Below are positions 1-6,821 of a stretch of DNA of 15,645 bases, piece by piece (within the stretch, counting starts at the first letter, position 1; each line of letters begins with the position of its first letter). Location of the stretch: NCBI GenBank assembly GCA_035545735.1, contig DASZXS010000087.1, positions 1 through 15,645 on the forward strand, written 5' to 3'. The notes beneath the pieces are model-generated. The model did not search any database. It worked only from the letters and a program-made list of their open reading frames with translations, and was not told the origin of the DNA. The DNA is from Bryobacteraceae bacterium (GTDB lineage: Bacteria > Acidobacteriota > Terriglobia > Bryobacterales > Bryobacteraceae). A program made the position numbers and the translations under genes.

Positions 1-32
1 CGGCCATAAATGGCAATGGTAGCAGATGAGTT

Positions 33-2993
33 TTATTTCACAGTAACGTAGGCGGCGTTGCTCGGAGTGTTTCCAACCCACACCACGACGGTATGATCTC
101 CGGACGGTGTGCCGGCGGGAATCTGGAAGTTCACCTGAGTCACGCCGACCAGGTAATAGGGTACGCCGCCGAAGTTGATCTGGACGGGTTGGCCGTCCAG
201 ATAAACCGAGATCGGTCCGAGAGGCTTCGGCAACTGGCTGGGAGGCGCCTGGCTTGGCGGGGGCGGTGCGTTTCCATCCGCGACGGCGGGGGATACAGGC
301 CCTTGGCCGGTCAGGAAGAGAGTGGCATACCCTCCGGCGGCCACACTCGCCGCCGGAACAATGTGCGAGCCGGGCGCAAGGAAAAGAGCGGGGGCTACCG
401 GGTCGACATAAAACGATTGCGTGAACGTCCGGCCGGTCCCGCTTGCGATTAGCAACGTGGCGTTGCCCGGAGCCGTCCCAAAGGGCACCTGCAGATTGAT
501 CTGGTTTGGCGAGACATAGAACAGCGGCGCCGCGACGCCGTTTACCGTGGCGCGAGTTCCCTGCATGTTCGTAGGGAGCGGAACGGCGGAGGCGAGTTGG
601 GTTCCGTTCGCCATGCCACTGCCGAAGAAACTGAGAATCCCACCCGGCGCGACTCCCGGCAGGAAGGTGGCGCCGTTTACCGCAGGGCCTCCAATATTGA
701 GGATTATGGGGATCACCTGATATTGGGGTGTTGCGTTCTGTGCCTGAAGAATCAGCGATGCCCGATACAGACCGGGAGCGAGGCCATCCAGGTGAGCGGC
801 GAGAGTGATGGCCTCCGTTCCCGCGCCGGCGAGCGGGGCTGCCGTCACCCACCCGGACGGCGGCTGCTCAAAGACGAGCGACGCGGTCCATTGGGCGGAC
901 GGGGCACTCAGAGTCACGGCTTCATTCGCCGTGAGCGTACCGCGATCCAGGAACACAGCGCCCGGCGCCGCTCCGAGCGCGATCTCCGAGGAAGACGCGG
1001 TCGCAAACGACGCCACTACCGTCGCCGATGACAGATGTCCGGACGGATCCGAGCCGCGGACTTCCACATTGAACTGGCCTGGCGCCGCAACATTGGTCCA
1101 ACAGATGTCCGCTTGCAGCGCTTCACCGCCATGAATCTGCGTGCTGCCGAAAAATTCCGCCAATCGAGTCGAAAGATCGAGGGCCCCGGCCGCGAAGTAG
1201 GTGAGCCTGGCGGCTATGCCGGAATTCTCCCGGAGGACCAGGTGTTCGAGCCACGGGCAATTTTTAGCGCCGGGGTTCTCGACGATGCTCCCGGGCATGC
1301 TCTCCAGCGAAAGCGAGACGGCCCCAGTGCTGGTTACATTCGCCGTCAATGGGACTGTAATGGGAACAATTCCATTCGCGGAGATCCGGATCGAACTGGA
1401 ATACAGGCCCACGGGAAGCGCCGAAGCCTGCACCGTGACCGACAAAGAAGCAGGCGAGGCCGCGGACACAGTTCCCGAAGCTGGCGCGACTGAGACCCAG
1501 GTATCGGCGGGCTCCGCTACGAACGACACGGCGGCAGCGCTTCCGGTGGTGACCTGAACCGTCTGGCTGGCCGGCCCGCTAGCCGACCCGTTCACCACGT
1601 TGAAGGACAACGATGAGGGGTTCACGAGAATCGAGGGAACCGGCTCGTTGTTAAGGAATGGAGCCAGGGCTGGGTATGCCGCCGAGAGCCGGCCGTAGGA
1701 CGAGACGAACGGATTCACGAAACAAATCGACGTGCTCAACGGCGGCACCGGGCCTGCGGTAAGTGTGCCGACAATCTGATTGGCGGCATTCAAGAGCGGC
1801 GAACCGGAGGATCCTGGCTCGGTGATCCCCTGGCTCCATTCGACCTGGTAGTAGAGACTCGCCGGCCCTTCGTCGTTGCCAACGAAAAAATTTGCGTCGG
1901 CGACCCGGGTTCCGAAGGCGATGCGTGTCCAGGACCCTTCCGGGTGCTGAATGGAAGCGAGAGAACTTCCGAAAGCGGGATCATTGGCGTTCCATCCGAG
2001 GAAGGTAACGCCGTCAGGGGCATCGTGATCGAGGCGGAGGAGAGCATAATCGCCCTGTTCGATGCCGGCGCCCGCAAGGTAGCTGGCGCCCATTACGACG
2101 GGCACGGTATTGATGTCGGGCGGCGTGCCGTTGCATGTGGACGTTTGGTAGAAAAAGTACGCCTCCACGGAGGCTGCTTCCGCGCTGGTGCCGACGCAAT
2201 GGTGCGCGGTGAGCAGATACGGCGTAAAATCGGAATTCTTGTCGTTGATCATCGCTCCGGAGCAGTCATAAACGCCGCCATCGCTCCCGATGAAATCGTA
2301 GGTGACGCTCGCGGTGGCCGCCGAGGCGTAGCTCGAGTAGCAAGAAACGTCCAACTCGCAGGATGCGGCGCCATTGGTCACCGTAATGGCCGTGGGCAAT
2401 TTCCAGAAATGAGCAATGGCATCCATACGAAAAGGCGGATCGGTGATTTCCGCGCCGGCCGGGCCATCATACTCGACGAGCACGGTGTCGGAGCGAACCA
2501 GCGCAGACCAGAATTGTCCGTCAGGCTGTGGCCCCGCGCCCGTATAGGGGCCTGCAATCCGGGCGTTTGCCCGCTCCCCGGGCGCGGCGGGATAAATCCA
2601 GACGGAGGCCGAGGGCGGCAAGGAAAACCCCGTGAAATGCACGCGGATGCCGGCGGCTCCGGGTGAATGGAGAGCGATACGCCAGACCCGCCGGCCGCCG
2701 GGAACCATTTGCCCGCTGCCCGTGGGGAGCGCGTTGCGGGGGATCTCCCGGCGAACACCCGTTTGGCGTGGACCGATTCGCGGACTCACGCGCGATTCTT
2801 CCGCCCGGAGCTTCTCCAGCTTGTAGAGCGGCGCTGTGCTGGCGGACAGCGAATAACCGGCCGGCGATCGCGACGCGCGGACCGATTGGGCGGCTGGGAT
2901 ATGAGGAGATACCGCGCCGCCGATCTCCTGCGCCGGAGCGATTGGCAGCAGCCCCATCACCAGGAGCGCGAGCCGGACGGACTGTTTCCCCAC
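33..2993 (-). CDS. Secreted trypsin-like (peptidase S1/chymotrypsin fold) serine endopeptidase with C-terminal Ig-like domains and two TIGR03437-like ('Soli_cterm') beta domains; GTG start
   Basis: There is an N-terminal signal peptide, MGKQSVRLALLVMGLLPIAPA|QE. The catalytic triad motifs are in canonical order: His in LLTAHHCVG, Asp in GDYALLRLD, Ser in GSSGSPLL. The C-terminal half carries repeated beta-rich segments, for example NQINLQVPFGTAPGNATLL and TQVNFQIPAGTPSGDHTVVVWV, typical of the Solibacter paralogous C-terminal domain. GC3 is high in this frame. No SD lies upstream of the GTG. Confidence 0.8.
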   Translation of the reverse strand: MGKQSVRLALLVMGLLPIAPAQEIGGAVSPHIPAAQSVRASRSPAGYSLSASTAPLYKLEKLRAEESRVSPRIGPRQTGVRREIPRNALPTGSGQMVPGGRRVWRIALHSPGAAGIRVHFTGFSLPPSASVWIYPAAPGERANARIAGPYTGAGPQPDGQFWSALVRSDTVLVEYDGPAGAEITDPPFRMDAIAHFWKLPTAITVTNGAASCELDVSCYSSYASAATASVTYDFIGSDGGVYDCSGAMINDKNSDFTPYLLTAHHCVGTSAEAASVEAYFFYQTSTCNGTPPDINTVPVVMGASYLAGAGIEQGDYALLRLDHDAPDGVTFLGWNANDPAFGSSLASIQHPEGSWTRIAFGTRVADANFFVGNDEGPASLYYQVEWSQGITEPGSSGSPLLNAANQIVGTLTAGPVPPLSTSICFVNPFVSSYGRLSAAYPALAPFLNNEPVPSILVNPSSLSFNVVNGSASGPASQTVQVTTGSAAAVSFVAEPADTWVSVAPASGTVSAASPASLSVTVQASALPVGLYSSSIRISANGIVPITVPLTANVTSTGAVSLSLESMPGSIVENPGAKNCPWLEHLVLRENSGIAARLTYFAAGALDLSTRLAEFFGSTQIHGGEALQADICWTNVAAPGQFNVEVRGSDPSGHLSSATVVASFATASSSEIALGAAPGAVFLDRGTLTANEAVTLSAPSAQWTASLVFEQPPSGWVTAAPLAGAGTEAITLAAHLDGLAPGLYRASLILQAQNATPQYQVIPIILNIGGPAVNGATFLPGVAPGGILSFFGSGMANGTQLASAVPLPTNMQGTRATVNGVAAPLFYVSPNQINLQVPFGTAPGNATLLIASGTGRTFTQSFYVDPVAPALFLAPGSHIVPAASVAAGGYATLFLTGQGPVSPAVADGNAPPPPSQAPPSQLPKPLGPISVYLDGQPVQINFGGVPYYLVGVTQVNFQIPAGTPSGDHTVVVWVGNTPSNAAYVTVK

Positions 2994-3102
2994 GTAGGCT
3001 ATAACGAGATGGTACGCGATAATCTAACGCCCGCGAGACGCCCGATGGCCGCTGGCTATAATTGAGAACGATGTTCATTCAGCTGCGGCGGAGGCAAGTC
3101 CG
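2994..3102. promoter_or_regulatory. Divergent intergenic promoter region between the peptidase (-) and the GH88 gene (+). TATAAT at 3057-3062 is a candidate -10 for the + gene, and GGAGG at 3090-3094 is its SD.
   Basis: The 109-bp spacer contains two copies of GGCTATAAyGAGA (2997-3009 and 3054-3067). Each copy carries a TATAAy hexamer. GGAGG sits 8 nt before the GTG at 3103. Confidence 0.35.
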
Positions 3103-4230
3103 GTGATTCAGTTCGTCTTGGAGACCGACCGTCAGCGGCTTGAGGAGGTCATGCGGTTTGCCCAGCAGCAGGTTCGCCGCACCATCGAGCAATCCCCGGA
3201 CCTATACCCGATGTACACCGAGAACGGGCAATGGTCTCAAAGCAGGGAACGGTGGACGAATTGGTGCAGCGGTTTCTTTCCGGGGTTGATGTGGATCTTC
3301 CGCAAACGTGCGGAGGAGGGCAGTGCGGAAGCGAAATTCTGGGAGGAGCAGGCGATCCGCTACTCGAAGCCTCTGGAGAAAAGAAAGAACGATCGCGAGA
3401 GCCAGGACCTCGGGTTTCTGATGTTCTCCACCTACTATCGCTGGTACCGGCTGACGCACGATCCGCGCCTGAACGATGTGCTGATTGAAGCCGGACGCAC
3501 GCTGGCGCTGCGTTACCGGGAAAACGGGCAATACTTGAGTTCTTTCGTTTCCGATGAGTCGCTGTTCATCGATCTGATGATGAACGTGGGAATTATCTTC
3601 TACGCCGCGCGGGAAACCGGCGACAAGAGGCTGCGCGAGATCGCTTTTCGCCATTGCGAGACCACTCGCCGGGTGTTGGTGCGCGGAGACGGATCCAGCG
3701 CGCACGAGGGTATTTTCGACTCGACAACCGGGGAATTTCTGCATCAAAGCACGCAGCAGGGGTTTCGCGGCGACTCCTGCTGGTCGAGGGGGCTCGCGTG
3801 GGCGATCTACGGTTTCAGCATCTGCTATGACTACAGCCGCGACCCGAGGCTGCTGGCCACCGCGCAGGCGTGCGCGGACTACTATCTCACCCACACCAAT
3901 GCCGATGGCATTCCCCCGTGGGATTTCAATGCGCCCGCGAATCGCCGGAGTTTGCTCGACACGTCGGCGGCCGCCATCGCCGCGTCGGCGCTGCTCCGGT
4001 TGGGCCGCCTGCTCCAGGACCCGGTGAAGGGCCATTTCTACGCCTCGTCAGGACTATTCATCCTGCGGATGCTTTCGGAAAAGCACATCGCCATGAAGGA
4101 CAAAAAGTGGGACGGTATCCTGCGCGGCGGTGTTTATCACGTTCACAAGGAGTTGGGCGTGGACGAGAGCGTGATTTGGGGCGACTACTTCTTCGTGGAA
4201 GCGGTGGATCACGCTTTGCGGCAGTTGTAG
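3103..4230 (+). CDS. Glycoside hydrolase family 88 (possibly the related GH105) unsaturated glucuronyl/uronyl hydrolase, cytoplasmic (no signal peptide)
   Basis: Blocks match Bacillus UGL (GH88) as I recall it: WTNWCSGFFPGLMW (~WTDGFWSGILWL), QDLGFLMF (~HDIGFLY), RVLVRGDGSSAHE (~RFLVRGDDSSYH), DSCWSRGLAWAIYGF (~GSTWTRGQAWGIYGF), VIWGDYFFVEAV (~TIWGDYYYLEAL). The length of about 375 aa fits. GTG start with GGAGG 8 nt upstream; the internal ATG at 3151 is an alternative start. Confidence 0.78.
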   Translation: MIQFVLETDRQRLEEVMRFAQQQVRRTIEQSPDLYPMYTENGQWSQSRERWTNWCSGFFPGLMWIFRKRAEEGSAEAKFWEEQAIRYSKPLEKRKNDRESQDLGFLMFSTYYRWYRLTHDPRLNDVLIEAGRTLALRYRENGQYLSSFVSDESLFIDLMMNVGIIFYAARETGDKRLREIAFRHCETTRRVLVRGDGSSAHEGIFDSTTGEFLHQSTQQGFRGDSCWSRGLAWAIYGFSICYDYSRDPRLLATAQACADYYLTHTNADGIPPWDFNAPANRRSLLDTSAAAIAASALLRLGRLLQDPVKGHFYASSGLFILRMLSEKHIAMKDKKWDGILRGGVYHVHKELGVDESVIWGDYFFVEAVDHALRQL

Positions 4231-4289
4231 GGCGCTTAGCCCATCCATCCAAACCATCCCGGGCCAAACCAGACGAGGCCAAACTTTTG

Positions 4290-4302
4290 CCGCGGTGCGC
4301 GG
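4290..4302. terminator. Short GC hairpin CCGCG-GTG-CGCGG followed by TTT, about 60 nt after the GH88 stop. Possible weak terminator/attenuator.
   Basis: Perfect 5-bp palindrome arms with a 3-nt loop and TTTCC downstream. The stem is short, so activity is uncertain. Confidence 0.25.
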
Positions 4303-4316
4303 TTTCCACCCCCTGA

Positions 4317-4342
4317 GGTTCTTAGAACCGTTGCGTTATACT
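4317..4342 (+). promoter_or_regulatory. Palindrome GGTTCTTAGAACC (4317-4329) next to TATACT (4337-4342), a candidate -10, upstream of the VWA gene pair. Possible operator/promoter.
   Basis: Inverted repeat with 5-bp arms seen directly. TATACT lies 32 nt before the ATG at 4374. No convincing -35. Confidence 0.3.
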
Positions 4343-4373
4343 GAGAAAGGTCTTGATTTAGGATTGGCGCGCC

Positions 4374-5393
4374 ATGGCGACATCAGCGTATCGAAACGTC
4401 GCGCTTCTGATCAGCGTTGCATGTCTGGGCGTCCTGGGCGATGAAAAGCCGCCCTCTCCGCCAGGCACACCCTCTTCATCGGTCAATTCGGACGCGCGTG
4501 TGGAGATCGTCCCGCGCATCAAGCCTAAGAGCAACACACCCAGCACCCGCGGGGACATCCGCGTCGACTCGACGCTGGTTTTGATCAACGTCACCGTCAC
4601 CGATCCACTCAATCGCTTCGTCACGGGCCTCGACAAGGAACATTTCAAGCTCTACGAGGACAAGGTTCCGCAGGAGATCAAGCAGTTTTCGAGCGAAGAT
4701 GCTCCGTTGTCGGTCGGCCTGGTATTCGATACGAGCGGAAGCATGGGGCCCAAACTTCAGAAATCCCGTCTCGCGGCAGCGGAGTTCTTTAAGACATCCA
4801 ACCCGGAAGACGAATTTTTTCTGACGGAATTTAACGATCGCCCGAAACTGGTAGTTCCATTCACCCACAGTCCCGAGGAAATACAAAATAGCCTGACCTT
4901 CACGCAGTCGAAGGGACGCACAGCGCTGCTGGACGCGGTCTACCTCGCGATGAACACCATGCGCAAGGCGCACAATCCGCGCAAGGCGATTCTGGTGATT
5001 TCCGACGGTGGCGACAATAGCAGCCGGTATACCGAGAGCGAGATCAAAAACGCGGTGCGTGAAGCCGATGTGCAGGTTTATGCGATCGGCATCTTCGAAT
5101 CCATGGGCTCGCGCGGCCGCACTTCCGAGGAGATGAACGGGCCGGGATTGCTTTCTCAGCTCGCGGAGCAAACCGGCGGGCGCGCCTTTGTGGTGGAGAA
5201 TGTGAACGAGTTGCCGGATATCGCGGCAAAGATCGGCATAGAACTGCGCAATCAATACGTTTTGGGTTATTCGCCGGTCAACAAGGATCGGGATGGGAAA
5301 TACCGCCATGTCCAGGTGAAACTGGCGCCGCCTCGCGGGCTACCGTCACTCAAGGCATACTATCGACTTGGGTACTATGCTCCGTATCGTTAG
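4374..5393 (+). CDS. Secreted von Willebrand factor A (VWA/MIDAS) domain protein of the Acidobacteria-expanded VWFA-related paralog family (TIGR03436-like)
   Basis: Signal peptide MATSAYRNVALLISVACLGVLG. MIDAS motifs are DTSGSMG (DxSxS), GRTAL (Thr) and ISDGGDN (Asp). The roughly 50-aa N-terminal beta segment TLVLINVTVTD...FKLYEDKVPQEIKQF is shared with the downstream paralog. Confidence 0.85.
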   Translation: MATSAYRNVALLISVACLGVLGDEKPPSPPGTPSSSVNSDARVEIVPRIKPKSNTPSTRGDIRVDSTLVLINVTVTDPLNRFVTGLDKEHFKLYEDKVPQEIKQFSSEDAPLSVGLVFDTSGSMGPKLQKSRLAAAEFFKTSNPEDEFFLTEFNDRPKLVVPFTHSPEEIQNSLTFTQSKGRTALLDAVYLAMNTMRKAHNPRKAILVISDGGDNSSRYTESEIKNAVREADVQVYAIGIFESMGSRGRTSEEMNGPGLLSQLAEQTGGRAFVVENVNELPDIAAKIGIELRNQYVLGYSPVNKDRDGKYRHVQVKLAPPRGLPSLKAYYRLGYYAPYR

Positions 5394-6360
5394 GCCGGCT
5401 CCGCCGGTTTGTGCTGTTCTATGCCTGCTTGCCGCCGTGGGCGGGCGCGCTCAATCCGCCCCGCCAACGCGTCCCGCCGATCCCCAAGAGCCTCCGACGT
5501 TCACCTCGGATACGCGGCTCGTCGTGCTGCACGCTAGCGTAGTGGACCACTCCGGAAAATTACTTACTAATCTGCCGGAAAAAGCCTTTAAAGTCTTCGA
5601 AAATGGTAAGCCGCAGCAAATCAAGCGATTTCTCCGCGAAGATGTTCCGGTCTCGATGGGCATCATCGTGGACAACAGCGCGAGCATGCGCGAGAAGCGC
5701 AAACAGGTGGAGGCGGCGGCGATCGATCTGGTGAGGTCGTCCAATCCGCAGGACGAGGTTTTCATCGTGAATTTCAACGATGAGTCTTACCTGGACGTGC
5801 CCTTCACGAACGATCTCAAGAAACTGGAGGCGGGCTTGGCGCGCATCGACTCGCGCGGCGGGACGGCGCTGCGCGACTCCATCAGCGGATCGATCGATTA
5901 TTTGAAGAAGAAGGGCAAGAAGGACAAGAAAGTCCTGCTGGTGATTACCGATGGCGCCGACACCGCGAGCGACGACCGCAACACTCTCGAAAAACTGGTG
6001 AATAAGGCGGAGCAAAGCGGAGTTCTGGTTTACGCGATCGGTCTTCTGGACGAGGAAGACCGGCATGAGCAGAAAAAGGCGAAGCGCGTCTTAGAGGCAT
6101 TGTCCCGAAATACCGGCGGGTCGGTTTTTTACCCAAAGAGCGCCGCGGACGTGGACCCGATTACGCTGGGCGTGGCGCGAGAGATCCGCAATCAGTATGT
6201 AATCGAATATTCGCCTTCCATCCAACAGCTGGACGGGAGTTTCCGCGAGATCAAGGTGACCGTGGACGGGCCGGGCCGGCCGACCGTGCGGACGCGCACG
6301 GGGTACTATGCCACCGCCGACGTGAAATCCAGTACGGAAATCGTTGAGAAGCGGCCGTGA
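5377..6360 (+). CDS. Second secreted VWA/MIDAS domain protein, a tandem paralog of 4374..5393. The ATG at 5377 is preferred; the ORF track starts at TTG 5368. It overlaps the upstream gene by 17-26 nt.
   Basis: Signal peptide MLRIVRPAPPVCAVLCLLAAVGGRA|QS. MIDAS motifs are DNSASM, GGTAL and ITDGADT. It has the same N-terminal beta segment (TRLVVLHASVVD...FKVFENGKPQQIKRF) and the same C-terminal YAIG...IRNQYV(I/L)(E/G)YSP block as the upstream gene. Confidence 0.85.
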   Translation: MLRIVRPAPPVCAVLCLLAAVGGRAQSAPPTRPADPQEPPTFTSDTRLVVLHASVVDHSGKLLTNLPEKAFKVFENGKPQQIKRFLREDVPVSMGIIVDNSASMREKRKQVEAAAIDLVRSSNPQDEVFIVNFNDESYLDVPFTNDLKKLEAGLARIDSRGGTALRDSISGSIDYLKKKGKKDKKVLLVITDGADTASDDRNTLEKLVNKAEQSGVLVYAIGLLDEEDRHEQKKAKRVLEALSRNTGGSVFYPKSAADVDPITLGVAREIRNQYVIEYSPSIQQLDGSFREIKVTVDGPGRPTVRTRTGYYATADVKSSTEIVEKRP

Positions 6361-6618
6361 TCGGGTTCCTGTGGAGCGCCTGCCGCGGCTACCGCTTGTG
6401 TCCCTGGAAGAGTCCTTATCTGCGTTGGCGCGTCGAAACCTATTCCGGAATTTCAGCAGAAAAGATTGATTTCAAGACATTTATCGAGTTCACCTGGCGA
6501 AGGCGGCAGGAGTTAATCCGGTTTCTTTGCTGGGCGAATCATATGCGCGAATAAGTTCGTCCGCACGGTTCCCTGGACGCTTCTCCCATAAAATCTACGC
6601 TTAGTGGTTCCTTTCCTT

Positions 6619-6626
6619 TGTATAAT
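6619..6626 (+). promoter_or_regulatory. Candidate extended -10 (TG + TATAAT) for the TonB-dependent receptor gene. It would give a 5' leader of about 190 nt.
   Basis: TGTATAAT lies within the only strongly AT-rich stretch of the 460-bp intergenic region. No good -35 is present, which fits an extended -10 promoter. The sigma-70 model may not apply to this phylum. Confidence 0.3.
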
Positions 6627-6651
6627 TGATAATAAGCTCGCTTGAATTGTG

Positions 6652-6697
6652 ACAATGGTCTCAAGTTGCAATGGCTTTCGTCGCAACGGCTTTCCAT
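6652..6697 (+). repeat. Three imperfect tandem direct repeats (period 15-16 nt): aCAATGGTCTcaagtt / gCAATGGCTTTCgtc / gCAACGGCTTTCcat, within the leader of the TonB receptor gene
   Basis: Read directly from the sequence. The core is GCAAyGGyTTTC, and copies 2 and 3 are near-identical. The location is between the putative -10 and the start codon. Confidence 0.5.
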
Positions 6698-6821
6698 CTA
6701 GGTCTTATCTGGCCTCTACCAAGCGCTTACCACTGGACCTGGCGCCAACCAATCGAGTTGTGCGCAAGGTTCGCCTTACCGGGCGTATATGCCCAAATCA
6801 CAATAATTTGGGGAGAATGAT

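Noticed and set aside
1944-2666. 240-aa + strand ORF, plus the smaller ORFs 93..452, 597..1031, 805..1134, 1035..1493, 1201..1557, 2378..3078, antisense to the peptidase gene
   Set aside because: The sense frame has clear S1 peptidase motifs and a signal peptide. The antisense products are Arg/Gly/Ala-rich and of low complexity, as expected for open frames in high-GC DNA.
3202-4035. 277-aa minus-strand ORF antisense to the GH88 gene
   Set aside because: It sits opposite a frame with strong GH88 block matches. Its composition (R/P/A/G-rich) is typical of a GC artefact.
4476-6066. Minus-strand ORFs 4476..5309 and 5560..6066, antisense to the two VWA genes
   Set aside because: They overlap well-supported VWA/MIDAS coding frames. 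They have no motifs or signal sequences and no plausible RBS.
6357-6554. 65-aa GTG-initiated ORF overlapping the stop of the second VWA gene
   Set aside because: It has no RBS and falling GC3. It lies in the 3' flank where a terminator or spacer is expected, and it has no recognisable features.
6720-6760. Cobalamin riboswitch in the receptor leader, suggested by CTTACCACTGG
   Set aside because: Only a partial B12-box-like heptamer is present. The GGGAAG, GGTG and AATCC cores of the RF00174 consensus are absent.
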